A stretch of DNA of 64,000 nucleotides from NCBI GenBank assembly GCA_028534125.1, contig CM052818.1, forward strand, positions 5,210,001 to 5,274,000, given 5' to 3'. A model generated the notes under the pieces. The model saw only the letters and a list, made by a program, of their open reading frames with translations, was not told the origin of the DNA and did no database searches. This document shows positions 1 through 12,227 of this stretch, piece after piece; the first letter of the stretch is position 1, and every line of letters begins with the position of its first letter. The position numbers were made by a program, and so were the translations under genes. Origin of the DNA: Lama glama. Lineage: Eukaryota.

Positions 1-1096
1 CTCCAACAGACTAGAACCAGCCAGAAACTCAGACGACAGACTGTATTTTGCAACAGACCCTTAGCTAGATTTGTATAAGACCAGATGTCAGCCAAATACA
101 ACCTCTCCTCATATCTCCCATGCTAGAACTTTCCTTTCTAATTACAGTAAAAGGTTTGCAGGCATAGAAATATTAAAAGTAAAATTAGACTTGTTCAAAA
201 CAGGTTCACTCTTGAAACAGGGCAAATTAGATATAGTCTGGGTTTTTAATACCATTTAACTGGCTGGCTAGCTAAGACTTGACTCCCACACAGAACAATA
301 GCACTAAGATTTAAGAAAAGTTAGATCACATGATCCTTAAAACCACCAATTGACGCACAGCCACATGCCCTTCCCCATGCCACAACTTGGCAATAGTTTG
401 TATTGTTCATGCTCTGAAATACTGAAATTTGAAGCCAAATACATGAGAGAATTAGTCATGGACTTTGTTCCTCTTTGACTGCATACGTTAAGTAAATCTC
501 TGAGTGTTAATAATCACAATTATGGGTCTTGGTACACAACTCCAAAGATACAGTATCATATAGCCCAGGTTTATAACATTACAAGGTAGAATTCTTAGCC
601 AATATCCATGGACTGGATTCAGAAACTGCAGGGTACTGGACACTTAGGAACTTGCCAGTTTCCCCTTCCTCCATCCTTCTTTTCAGCCACATAATAGATG
701 ATGCTTGAAGGAAGAAAATGGGTATCATTTAGTGTAAAACCAAAATAACTACAATGCAAGTGAAGTGTATACCAAAAATCAAATATAATGCTTCCACAGA
801 AGGTCCAATTTGAATGTAAGTGATGCATAAATTAAAATGTAAACTTTCTTTATGGGTTAAATAGAAACCTTTGGCCTTTAATCAGAACCTGAATGCTGGA
901 AAGTAGCTATTTTCAATATCTATGACTTATAAATTAAGATGATATTCTTTCTTCACACCTGACAGGCTGGTTGCAGATGAGACCTAGGTCATGGTTTCTG
1001 TCTCTTCTTGTGTATGTTTGTCTCCTGAGAGGATGCTTTTGTTTAAAAAAAAGATTCACCCGAGTACCTTTTGAAGATCTTATACACTTTATTATA

Positions 1097-1246
1097 CCAT
1101 TTATGAATCAGGTAGTATCCAATCCAGAAAATAGAAAGGAGCTCTAAGGAGCTGTACAAAAATGAAAGGCTTTGATAGGCAGAATGGAGCAGGAACAGGG
1201 AAGTTACACTAGGCAAAAAGTGGATTGGTTGTGGCAAGGTAGCTCC
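1097..1246. mobile_element. Probable ERV LTR fragment (laurasiatherian type)
   Basis: ATAGAAAGGAGCTCTAAGGAGCTGTACAAAAATGAAAGG...GGATTGGTTGTGGCAAGGT resembles recalled ungulate/carnivore LTR sequence; family not assigned. Confidence 0.4.
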
Positions 1247-1299
1247 ATTGTTATTACCAAAAATACAAAACTAAAGCTCAAACTAAAACAAAACAACCA

Positions 1300-1650
1300 A
1301 AATCTCCAGTAATGAAGAATGATTAGTTAAATAAATTATGGCAAGTTCAAATGATATAAAACTATCCAAGTGTAAAACAGAATGAGTTATTTATGTGCAC
1401 TGAAATCGAAGGATTTCCTCAATGAGTCCTAGGTGAAAAAAACTGAATGTATTTATTATTTGGGTACATAAATACTTAACGTTATGTGAAAATGTATGAG
1501 CGTATGTTGGCCAAAAATATGTGAAAGATACAGAAGAAACTGGGATGAGTGCTTGCCACTGGGAAGGGGCACCAGGAAACTTACTTTTCATTATTTTGAG
1601 TTTTTGGAATTAGGTACCACTTACATGTTTTACCTATCCATAATTACAGT
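1300..1650 (+). mobile_element. Old L1 (L1ME-like) 3' fragment
   Basis: GTTAAATAAATTATGG...AGAATGAG...GGTGAAAAAA pattern of ancient L1 3' ends. Confidence 0.5.
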
Positions 1651-2669
1651 TCTTTAAAAAAATGTACCAGTCATGAGACAGAACATGAGTCTGTTGAGGC
1701 AATCTGTTCATACCCTCTCCCTTCAGTTGAGTTATTTTGTATTGGGAACATTTGTTGCTTAAAATATATTCAAATTACACTATAATCCAATATTGAAAGG
1801 CAAGATGATTGTATTAACAAAACAAAAATAGGCATAAGACAGTTAAGACAATTAAAACCAATGAGAAATTGCCAAATCCTCTGAAACAGAACATAGGGTG
1901 TCCCAAGGTGGAGAGTTTGGTGTGACTGAGAGAAATTTCACAAAGAACAATCACTTCCATACTCAACAACTATCTCCCCAAAGCTTCTGATTGATAGTCA
2001 AGAAAAGCTATTTAACTTTTGCACAAACCATAGTGGTTTTCAATATGCCTTGAAATCATACTGTGTGAATGGTGCTAAAGAGGTCAAGACTTCCAGCATG
2101 AGGTAAGAGGAGCGGACTGTCACCCCGTGCGTATGAACACTGGTGATAGAAAGTGATGTTGAAGATTCTGAAGAAGCTTTATACACCAACTTAAGCCATG
2201 CTACTGAAGAATTAGTATGTAACTGTGGGGGAAAAAACTGCTTGTTTTGTGAACCTTTTGGGCCAACTGGATGTAGATCTCTGGACTCCTGCCCACTCTC
2301 TGATCTCCTGTACCTTTGGGGAAGAACTGTGATCTCTAATTCTCTCTTTAAGCATTTGCCTTGTCCACATATTCCATCATTGCAAGGACCTTTCTCTTCT
2401 TTCTTGTATTTTTTATCAGTTCCTTGACTCACCCCATCCTCTGACCCATACACACTGCCTCCATATCACCTCAGAGGTAGAGAACAGGCTCCTAAACCTT
2501 ATTAGGAGCCTGAAAACCAGAAAGTCTCCAGAAAACCAGAGCACCTTACTCCACACTATGAATAAAAATGAAAAGGTGTCAGTCATCACTGCATTATAGA
2601 TACAGTCAGACCAAGAGTGGGCCAACAAAGAGTGTAAATAGATATGGAGAGGAAGAAAACTTGTGAAAT

Positions 2670-2705
2670 ACACACACACACACACACGCACACACACACA
2701 CACAC
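2670..2705. repeat. (CA)n microsatellite, interrupted
   Basis: Seen directly. Confidence 0.95.
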
Positions 2706-3439
2706 GAACACCCAGAGAAGGACTTCCTTTCAGTTATACTTCCTTCAACAGTAATTACTTACCCTGCAAAATAATCTGCTGTTAGTTTCTGTTTTACCTC
2801 TTCCAGAGGTCCTTAAACCCATTCTCACTTCCTAACAAAAATTCCCTAGGAAAAAGATGTGAACTCAAATCAGATTTCCTTTATCCAATCAATTTCTGAA
2901 TTTCTCCCTTATTTTACCATATCAAGTAAGTCCAAATGTTTGCAACAAGGTTGTTTCTGCACCTTTTGACCCCACCGGTCTCAAATCCCTGTACAGATGG
3001 CTTCCTGTTTAATTGTGCTTTAGCTTCCTAGGATAGCAAACCCTCATTTAGGTAAAGAACGTAATGTAGAGGAGTCTCTTGTTACTATAAATTAAGAATG
3101 CTTCTAAATATTATGTAACATTTATCTCCACTAAGACCTAATGGGCATTTATTTCCTGTTTATAATGTCAAACATTGGAGGGGAAAAACTTCAAAGAATA
3201 TTCTTAAGACTGCGTGTTTCCGAATACCTCAGTCTTTGATATGATACAGAAAACACATAAAAACATTTGCCTGCCACTGTTTTCATTTGAATTTTAGGCC
3301 CCATGTCTTAATGGAGATGCTTCAAATGGTACTTGATGGTAAGCAGATGACACTACTAATTGTTTCTGCTGTGGAATGATTAAAGTCAAGGAAAGTGAGA
3401 ACTAGAGCCTGTCTCCTAAACTCCAGACCTGAATGTACA

Positions 3440-4410
3440 CTGTCTACAACGCATTTTCACCTGGCTGTCCCCAAGAGTAGTGACTCCACAGAACTTCCTC
3501 AGAAACCAGCTCCTTCCATCACATTCCACTCAAGGACTGGCATCCATCTTGCAACTCCGGCCGGAAACTCTGGTCTCATTTTTGACTCTTTCCCCTCTTT
3601 CCTGCTAAATCCAGTAAATCATCAGTCTTGCTAGAAAAATTCTGCAACACGCACACCCACACCTCTCCAACACATACGTACCTCTGTCTCTTTGCAGTGA
3701 GATATTCTTAGTCAGACCATCAGCTCTCAGCTTAAGGAATCATTTAAAGTCCCTCTTAGGCTCCAGTCTTACCCTTTCCAAATTATTTTCTACATTGCAG
3801 TGATCTTTCTTTCTGAATATATGCTTGTAATAAAGATTAAAATAGTATGTTTTCTGCATTTTAAATCTGACTACATAACTCCCCCACTTAAAATCTCTAA
3901 TACAATTCAGTGTCTTCAAGAGCTGAGTGAAAACTCTGGCAGCTCTAAGGCTGTTCCTAGACAGGTCCTTGCTTACATCTCCAGCCTCATGTTTCACCCC
4001 TCTGAGTTCCAGCCACACCGAGCTATCATCAGTCCCTCTTCATAGTCTGAATTCTCTTCTGCCTCTAGCCCTTTTGCATATGTGGTTATTACTGTTTAAC
4101 TGTTTGTTACTCAACATTCAGGTCTCAGCTTGAATTTCATATCTCCCAGTGGCTTTGCCTGACCCTCCCCAGCCTCACACCTCTGCCAAGAGTGAGTCAG
4201 TGGGTCCAGGTCCAGGTCCCACCTATGTGCTCCTGTAATCACCTGTGTTTACCCATATGAGGTATTACCTGTATTACCTTGTTCTGAATCACTCAGTAAA
4301 TAATGAACAACTTGAACATAGAAAATAGCTACCAACCCAGCAGAATTCTTAGCTCCATAGTAGGCATTCAAGACATATTGGTTGAATGATGAAGTAAGTA
4401 AATGAATGAA
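3440..4410 (+). mobile_element. L2 3' portion
   Basis: L2 motifs (TCATTTTTGACTCTTTCC, AAATCTGACTAC, TTCAGGTCTCAGCTT) ending in TAGTAGGCATTCAA...TGAATGAA tail. Confidence 0.8.
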
Positions 4411-6164
4411 TCTCAGTGTCATTTACCTTCAAGTTGAAATCAATATCCCAAGACAAACTCATGTCCCAAGCTGAAGGCCTGAACTCCCCAGGCAGTCAGA
4501 GACTCAGAAGAGCAACAGTCATCGCCTTCTCAGTGACAGCCACAATCTTGACAGGCACCTCACCGAGGAAAACTGATGCCAAAGTTGGTGGGCAGTAAAA
4601 TTCAGTGACTCCTAAAACTCGTGCTAGGACCTTCACTTGATACCCCTTGAAATGCAGCACCACAGGTCTGTGTGTAATGAGAAGGCAGTCAGTGGGTCTC
4701 CCCATCAGAAGGACTGTTTCCAGTACAGACAGGAAAGAACGAATGGGCATTTTTCTCCTTCCTAATTTCCTTCCTTCCTTCTTGCTTTTTTTGCCTTCCT
4801 TCCTTGCCTCATGGAGTTCGGGTTCAAACACGAGCACACACACACACAAACATATACTACCATTTGCACATTTGCAGCCTCTTGTCATAGAAGAGTAAGA
4901 CAAGGACATAAATCCAGTGTTTCACACTATCTAAGGTGAGCTCTTAGTTGCATTAAATATTTAGCAGCCAGCATCTGTCCAGTGAGTACGTAGGTATACT
5001 TAATTTTTTTAGTGTTTTTTATTTTTTCCATCTGGAATTAAAATGGTGGCCTTAGCCAAAGATAAGAAGGACTTATAACACAGATGTACACAGCAGAGCA
5101 TCCTGGAATCACCTATCCTCAACTCACCCCATTGACGCAAGGTTAGAAAGGTGCTCCAAGGCTCAGAAATGTTCTGAGCATCTGTCTGTTTCATTTTGCA
5201 TCAGGGAAATGAAAAAGAGAAGAGAAGAAGAGTTGGCCACTGTGGTATAAATTATTTGGTTTTAAGGGCTGATTCACCCCTAAAGAGAAAAGGAATTTAG
5301 CCTCAGGCCAGTCTGACTGGGGGAAGGTCAAGTTTATTGACACTGCTCATTGGCCGAAGGACTGGGAGGGACTTGGGAGGATGTCTGGCTCCTTATTTTC
5401 CTCGGGCAGCTGAAGCCCCTAAAAGTGGCACCGATAATAGGATGATATACTTTCAGCCAATGATGTGTGTGGGTTTCCTCTCCTCCCCCCAGCCATTAAA
5501 GCTGTATTCAGTGGGAGACACATAGTAATTTGTTGAAAATCACTATTTGCTAAGAAACTCTCACAAAACCCCAAGAGCCCATTATATTAACAGAAGTGAC
5601 AAGAAAATAAATGTTTTTGACAAGGGAGTGCTCCTATCCGGGGAAGATGGCTGCAGTGTCAGTGATTATTCAGCAAATCAAACTTATTTAAACACACTGT
5701 CTCTGATACTTAATAAATGTTATAGTGTGGCTTTTTGTGGCTAATAAAACTTGGTTTACATTCCACCCCGTGCCTTCTATGATTCGCCTCCCTGGGCTCA
5801 CTTAAAGTGCATTAAGAAGCAGCAAGCAAGATGAGGACGATTTGCTGCAAAACTTAAATAATTCATTTATGCACCACTGCTTTCAGACTGTGTTTTTACA
5901 AACGCTATAATGAGACAAGCTGTGAAATGTTTTACATGGGGAAAAAGGCAGGGAAGTCACTGAAAGAAAAACCCCTTTTCATGCCTTATTTTCTTGAGGT
6001 GCAGGACAATAACAAGGGAGCCATCTCTTACAGAAACATTTGTGCTGTTTACCTACTTCTCATAAATACGGGATCGGCTAGATACCATTTATACCTTTCC
6101 ATTAACTAAAGTTAAAGTCATGCCATATTTGAGAGACTTAATTCCTGAGTTAATTTATAGAATT

Positions 6165-6824
6165 TTTTTTCTCTTTTTATTTTATTTATTTATTTATTTA
6201 TTTTAACATTTTTTATTGATTTATAATCATTTTACAATGTTGTGTCAAATTCCAGTGTTCAGCACAATTTTTCAGTCATTCATGGACATATACACACTCA
6301 TTGTCACATTTTTTTCTNNNNNNNNNNNNNNNNNNNNNNNNNNNNNNNNNNNNNNNNNNNNNNNNNNNNNNNNNNNNNNNNNNNNNNNNNNNNNNNNNNN
6401 NNNNNNNNNNNNNNNNNNNNNNNNNNNNNNNNNNNNNNNNNNNNNNNNNNNNNNNNNNNNNNNNNNNNNNNNNNNNNNNNNNNNNNNNNNNNNNNNNNNN
6501 NNNNNNNNNNNNNNNNNNNNNNNNNNNNNNNNNNNNNNNNNNNNNNNNNNNNNNNNNNNNNNNNNNNNNNNNNNNNNNNNNNNNNNNNNNNNNNNNNNNN
6601 NNNNNNNNNNNNNNNNNNNNNNNNNNNNNNNNNNNNNNNNNNNNNNNNNNNNNNNNNNNNNNNNNNNNNNNNNNNNNNNNNNNNNNNNNNNNNNNNNNNN
6701 NNNNNNNNNNNNNNNNNNNNNNNNNNNNNNNNNNNNNNNNNNNNNNNNNNNNNNNNNNNNNNNNNNNNNNNNNNNNNNNNNNNNNNNNNNNNNNNNNNNN
6801 NNNNNNNNNNNNNNNNNAATAGAC
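6165..6824 (-). mobile_element. Young camelid-type L1 insertion spanning an assembly gap
   Basis: T-rich tail, then TTTTAACATTTTTTATTGATTTATAATCATTTTACAATG (antisense L1 3' end); perfect 15-bp TSD TTAATTTATAGAATT at 6150-6164 and 6825-6839. Confidence 0.9.
6318..6817. other. Assembly gap (500 N)
   Basis: Run of N. Confidence 1.
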
Positions 6825-6839
6825 TTAATTTATAGAATT

Positions 6840-9210
6840 GATATAAACCTAATCAAATTCCCAAAAGGATATCTGGGGAGAAAGACTTCACAAAATTTTT
6901 TTTAAGTTTATCTGAATAATAACTGGGTAAAAATATCCAATTGACGTTGTAATATAAAAAATGATGTGCATTTGACCTGTTTAATAATAAAGCCTATTGT
7001 AAAGCAGTGATATTTAAAAGAATATGGCACTAATCATGGAATAAATAGGCAATCAACAAAACAGTCAAAAGAAAAACAGTGAAAGAGATGAAGTAGTCTA
7101 GAAAAAAGTGAAGAATCTACATAATTCAATGTACAGTAAAAGCACCACTGCATACCACTAAGGAAAGAATATATACATTTTTTAAAAGATTCAACAATTC
7201 CTAGTTACTCATTTGAAAAAGAAGCTTTTCAAGGAATTTACCAATTGAAATTCCAAATAAAGTGATGACTTAAATATCACAAGTGATACTTAAAGATTTA
7301 TAAAGTATTTATAAAAAGATCTAGAAAAAATATAACTAGACATTAACATAATTTTGGAGAAAGATCATTCTAAGGTTAACACAACTACAAATAGATTATT
7401 ATTATTTCATTACTGATACATGTAAAAATGGATCTGTACATAAAAATTAGAATGATAGCAAAGAAAGAAATAAAACTATCATTATTTATAGGTAATAGGG
7501 TTGCTTATATGAATTCCCAAAAGAATCCGTAGGAAAGCTCTTAGAATTAACAACTGAATATCAAGTTTGCCAAGGATAAAATCAAGATACAAAATTCAAT
7601 TGTATTTCTCTGTATTAATGATACACTTATAGAAAAATTTAAAAATTGTATATTTTGTATATATAGCTACAAACAAAAAAGAATCTAAGAAAAATTATTT
7701 TTAATATTTGTAAGACCATTATAAAATTATGAATTTTTATTAAAAGACAATAAAGAAAACCTAAGTTGATTTAGAAAAATACCACATTCACAGAAACAAA
7801 TAGTCAGTATTGTAAAGATAGCATCTCTCTGCAAATTCATGTGGAATATTTGATGTAATTTTTATCAAAATTGCAATTGTGTGTAATATGACAAGATAAT
7901 TCTAGGACAAAGTGTAAAGAACAGCTAAGAAAGGACAGAATAAAATAAAACAAGGTGTCAGAGTGGGAAGGGGAGAACTTATCTTACCAAATGTCAAGAC
8001 TCATTTAGAAGAACTTAGAGGCAAGAAACAATCTCACTTGTGTAAGGCAACTTTATATACGACAGAACTGAGATGGAACAGGAGTATGGAAGGCAGGACT
8101 GGTAATTCATACAACAGACAGAAACAATCCAGATAGACTGAGGACATCAAAGTAGAAGATGAAAGTTTAAAACTGTTAGAAGAAGCATATGCAAGAATAT
8201 CCTTGTTATCTTGGAGTGAAGAAGGGTTGTTGTTTTTCTTTTTAAGAAGACCAAAAAAAGGCAAACAGTAAAAGAAAAAAAATTAAACAGTATTAAAAGT
8301 AAGACATCTATTTAGCAAAATGCAGAACAAAACGAAAAAACAAGTAGAGCACAAACTGGGAGATACTGGTGACACCTGTAACTAGCAAAGGCTTACCCGT
8401 CTAAGATCTATAATGTGCTCTTTAAGGAAGGGGGAAAGATGAGAAAGGGAGGAGGAGGAGGAGAAAACAACAACTAAAAGATAAATGGTTGAAAGCCATG
8501 AGCAAGCATTTCACACACACACACACACACACAAAGGTAAACTCAACAGTTAACGAAGACTTAATCTCCTTACTAATCCGGAAAAAGAAAATTAACATAA
8601 AATGCTAGGTTAACATTTCATGCTTACTAGGTTAGCAAATAACGTGAAAGTATAATCATACTAAGCATTGGTGACAATGTGAAACTAGAAACCCTCAAAT
8701 CCTGCAGGTCTAAACAATTCCACTTTTACCCCTGGTAAGTTACTGAACATTCTCAAGAGACATCTCATAACAAACATTAAGTAGCATTGTTCATAATAAG
8801 ACAAATTAAAAATGACTCAAATGTCCAACAACAGTAAAATAGACCATTGCATTCTGGTATCCTCATCTAAAAAGAAGCACCATGCAACAGTGAAAATGAG
8901 TAGTTCTCAAAATCACAATATTGAGCAGAAAAAGGCAAGTCAACAAAGAATACACAAAGCATACTTACAGCCAAAAAAAGATAAAACAACAGGCAAAATT
9001 AAACAATATATTGCTTAGGGCCACACACTTATAAGATATAAAGAAAAGCAAGTGAGTGATGAACTCAGAATTCAGCAGATTGGCTTCGCAGGGGATGGTA
9101 AAGAAGGAGCACCTGGGGCATTGACAGTACAGCTCAAACTCTGTGAAGCTGGGCAAATGTGTTTTAAACTGCCTCCTCCAATGCATGCATGATCCATTTC
9201 ATAATTTTTT
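6840..9210 (+). mobile_element. Decayed old L1 (L1M) ORF2 and 3' fragments
   Basis: 7460-7620 reads as a degenerate version of L1 RT KEEIKLSLF(ADD)...PKES..KLLEL...KI.IQ.SI.FL; A-rich sense strand; internal (CA)n near 8512-8533. Confidence 0.8.
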
Positions 9211-9925
9211 TAAATTCAGAAAAACTTCTGAGACATAATAGGAAGTTCATAGGTGATTTTAAAGAATTTTCCATTTTGCTTATATGAATTTTCTAATTTT
9301 GCCACAATGAACATGACATACTTATGTGATTAATTTTTTAAACATTTATGAAATGAGACATAATTTTAAAAATATCTGGACTAGTGGACTTGTCCAGTCA
9401 GATCAGAAACTTCAGGACCTAGTTAATGTCACATCAAAAGGGTCGTCCATGTGATGACAACTTGCTCATTCATGGGCCAAGGAATTCTGCAATGACTTTC
9501 TCCACCAGCAGATACAAATACAGAAATATTAATGCTTGCAAAGGACTTATGGACAGTATTGGGTTCTATCTAAAGAGAGAAAAATTCCAGAGATTTTATT
9601 TATATGTCTGAGATCAGATTTTAAAATTCATTGCTTTTTTTTAAAGTATTTTAAATTTAAAAATTAATTTAAGTCTGTCTATCTGTCTATCTAGTAATGT
9701 GGCCACAATTAAAGAATAGTTTAAAATAGATAAAGGGAAGAAATACCACTGTTGAGTCTACCATCCTGAGATAGCCAGTCAGGATTTAGTTGTTTTTTTC
9801 TCTTAACACTATTTTCCTAAGCATACGTATTTTTCCTCTAAGTGTTAATTCTAGTGAAGATGCATGTTTTTTCTGCCTTTTTCCCTTCTAAAAATTATTG
9901 AGGGGGTAGTTATATTCTGCTTTTT

Positions 9926-10054
9926 TTATTTTAAAAAATTATTTGGAGGAGTAACTAGTTTTATTTATTTATTTATTTAAATGGAGGTACTGGGGATTGA
10001 ACCCAGGACCTCATGCATGCCAACCCACACTTTACCACTGAGCTATACCCTCTC
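9926..10054 (-). mobile_element. tRNA-derived camelid SINE (vic-1 type)
   Basis: Reverse complement has A box TAGCTCAGTGG, B box GGTTCAATCC and (TAAA)n tail; perfect 13-bp TSD TATTCTGCTTTTT at 9913-9925 and 10055-10067, followed by AA (L1 endonuclease site). Confidence 0.9.
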
Positions 10055-10410
10055 TATTCTGCTTTTTAAAGACTTGATATTGTATAAAAGCCTTTGTTAA
10101 TATTGATTTTAAAAATTAACAAAAAACATTTTAAAATATGCGTGATATTCTATGGAGGGAACTGACCGTAATTTATTCATCAATATTCCTATCATTCTTT
10201 TGCCTCAAGACTTTCAAAGAAGTTTGCAAAAATGAGCTTAATCTCTAATCTTTATAATGACCAATGTTTATGCTGCTTCAGTGGTAGAATTACTGCCAGG
10301 TCTAATACTTCCTCTGCTCCTCTTGCATTTCAAGCCCCTAACAAATAAAAGAGCCCCCAGAGACGTGGTGCTGCAGCACCCCAGGAGGTGTTAGCAGTGG
10401 GTGTGCATTT

Positions 10411-10589
10411 GAGGTGAGAGACCTGTACACTGAAACTTTTTAAATATTGATGAAGGAATTTGAAAACGATTCCAAAAAAAGAAAAAAAAGAAATGGAAAG
10501 ATATCCCTTGTTCTTGGACTGGAAGAATTAATATTGTGAAAATGGCCATCTTACCCAAAGCAATTACAGATTTAATGCAACTCCAATCA
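10411..10589 (+). mobile_element. Isolated internal L1 ORF2 fragment
   Basis: With frameshifts reads EVRDLYTE...LMKEFENDS...[30 protein letters not shown]. Confidence 0.9.
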
Positions 10590-10671
10590 GTGGGATTCCT
10601 GATTCTGTCAACAGTGAGTCCCAGAAACCCAACTTGAGGGCCATGCTTCTAGAGCACTACTTCTGAACAAC

Positions 10672-11117
10672 TGTCTTTATTTAGGGTTCCCCCAAAGCAG
10701 AGCCTGAGACAAGGCCTTGGCATCAGACAAAAAGTTGCATTCTTGAGGTCACAGCTGTCGGCCATAGGAACGTGATTCAGCTCTGGACTTCTGATAAGCA
10801 TAGAAGAAGCCTCCAGAATTGTCCAGAATTGGAGGGGTGGGAGGCTGTGTCACTTATCTATTGGCTTCCATCTTCCATTGGTTTAGGCTTTTTCATGGGA
10901 GTATAAACTATTTCCCTGTTACAGGGCTGTGCTTGTGATTTGGCCAAGCATGTAGCTTCAGAGAAGACTGAGGCAAAAAGACAAGTGGTACATTCTAGGA
11001 AAGGAAGTTGCCAACTCCAGACAAGTCAATGTGTGTAGGACAATCCACTGCAGCTGGAGCTGAGATCAGAGTTGGACTCGGGGAATATGGTGCTGAACTT
11101 CAAAGGTGCCTGATACA
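10672..11117 (-). mobile_element. ERVL LTR16-like solo LTR
   Basis: TGTCTT...GGGTTCCCCCAAAGCAGAGCCTGAGACAAGG at one end and ...TGATACA at the other match the antisense of recalled LTR16-family sequence. Confidence 0.65.
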
Positions 11118-11357
11118 CTCAAACTAACAAACTTGAATTTTTCTTTCATTGGCAATAGAAACTATTACAAAAATTTAAGGAGTTAAAGTCTGCCTTGTAT
11201 AACTGGGTAGAAAACAGGAATACTTGGTAAGAGATAATTAAGGCAGAATAGATCAAGGGAAATAGACAAAGAAGCTTAGTTTAAAGCATTGTGACTTGAG
11301 CTTTCTGTGAGACATCATCAAACTGTATTCATTTGAAGGCTGAAAATATGGTTTGCA

Positions 11358-12212
11358 CCACTTAATTCCCTACCCCTATCTTGCTCCTCCTTCCTTCTGT
11401 CTCCCCTCTAGTAACCACTAGTTTATTCTCCGTACCTGTAGTTGATTTCTGTTTTGTTATTTTCATTTGCTTTGTTTTTTAGATTCCACATATAAGTGAT
11501 AACACATTATTTGTCTTTGTCTGACTTACTTCACTAAGCATGATACTCTCTAGGCACATCTATGATGTTGCACATGGCGAATTTTCATTCTTTTTAATGG
11601 CTGAGTAATATTCCATTATATATATATATTCCATTTTATATATATATATATATGTATGTGTATATATATATACAACACACACATATACATACCCCACATC
11701 TTCTTTATCCATTCATCTGTTGATAGACACTTAGGCTTCTTCCGTATCTTGGCTATTGTAAATAATGCTGCTAAACATTGGGGTGCATGTATCTTTTCAA
11801 ACTAGTGTTTTCATTTTCTCCCACTAAATACCTAGCAGTGAAATTGCTGGATCATATAGTAGTTCAACTTAATTTTTTGAGGAAAGTCCATACTGTTAAA
11901 AACTTGTTTTCTGAAATAATTTCAAAATTATTTAAATGTGTATTTTGAAAATACTCAGAAAACGTGTATGCCACATCTCCTTTGTCCATTCATCTGTTGA
12001 TGGACACTCAAACTACAGTGTATAAAACAAATGAGCTGCAAGAACATATGGTACAGCATAGGAAATATAGACAATGTTTTATACTAACATTAAGTGGAAT
12101 ATAATCTATAAAACTATTGAATCACTATGATGTACACCTGATACTAATGTAATATTATAGGCCAATTCTACTTCAATAAAAAATAAATGAAATAAAAACC
12201 AGAGCAAAACAT
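11358..12212 (+). mobile_element. 5'-inverted (twin-primed) L1 inserted into an L2
   Basis: Antisense L1 11358-11897, filler, short antisense piece about 11966-12008, sense 3' end 12009-12197 with AATAAA and A tail; degenerate TSD at 11343-11357 and 12213-12227 (11/15 identical). Confidence 0.8.
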
Positions 12213-12227
12213 AAAAGACTTTTTGCA

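Noticed and set aside
686..815. Plus-strand exon-like segment (pyrimidine tract-CAG ... GTAAGT)
   Set aside because: Stops in all three frames and no partner exons I can support; pseudo-exons are common
6216..6905. ORFs of 173-229 aa
   Set aside because: Artefacts of translating the N gap
9926..10054. tRNA gene (also at 55654-55742)
   Set aside because: A/B boxes belong to SINEs with A-rich tails and target-site duplications
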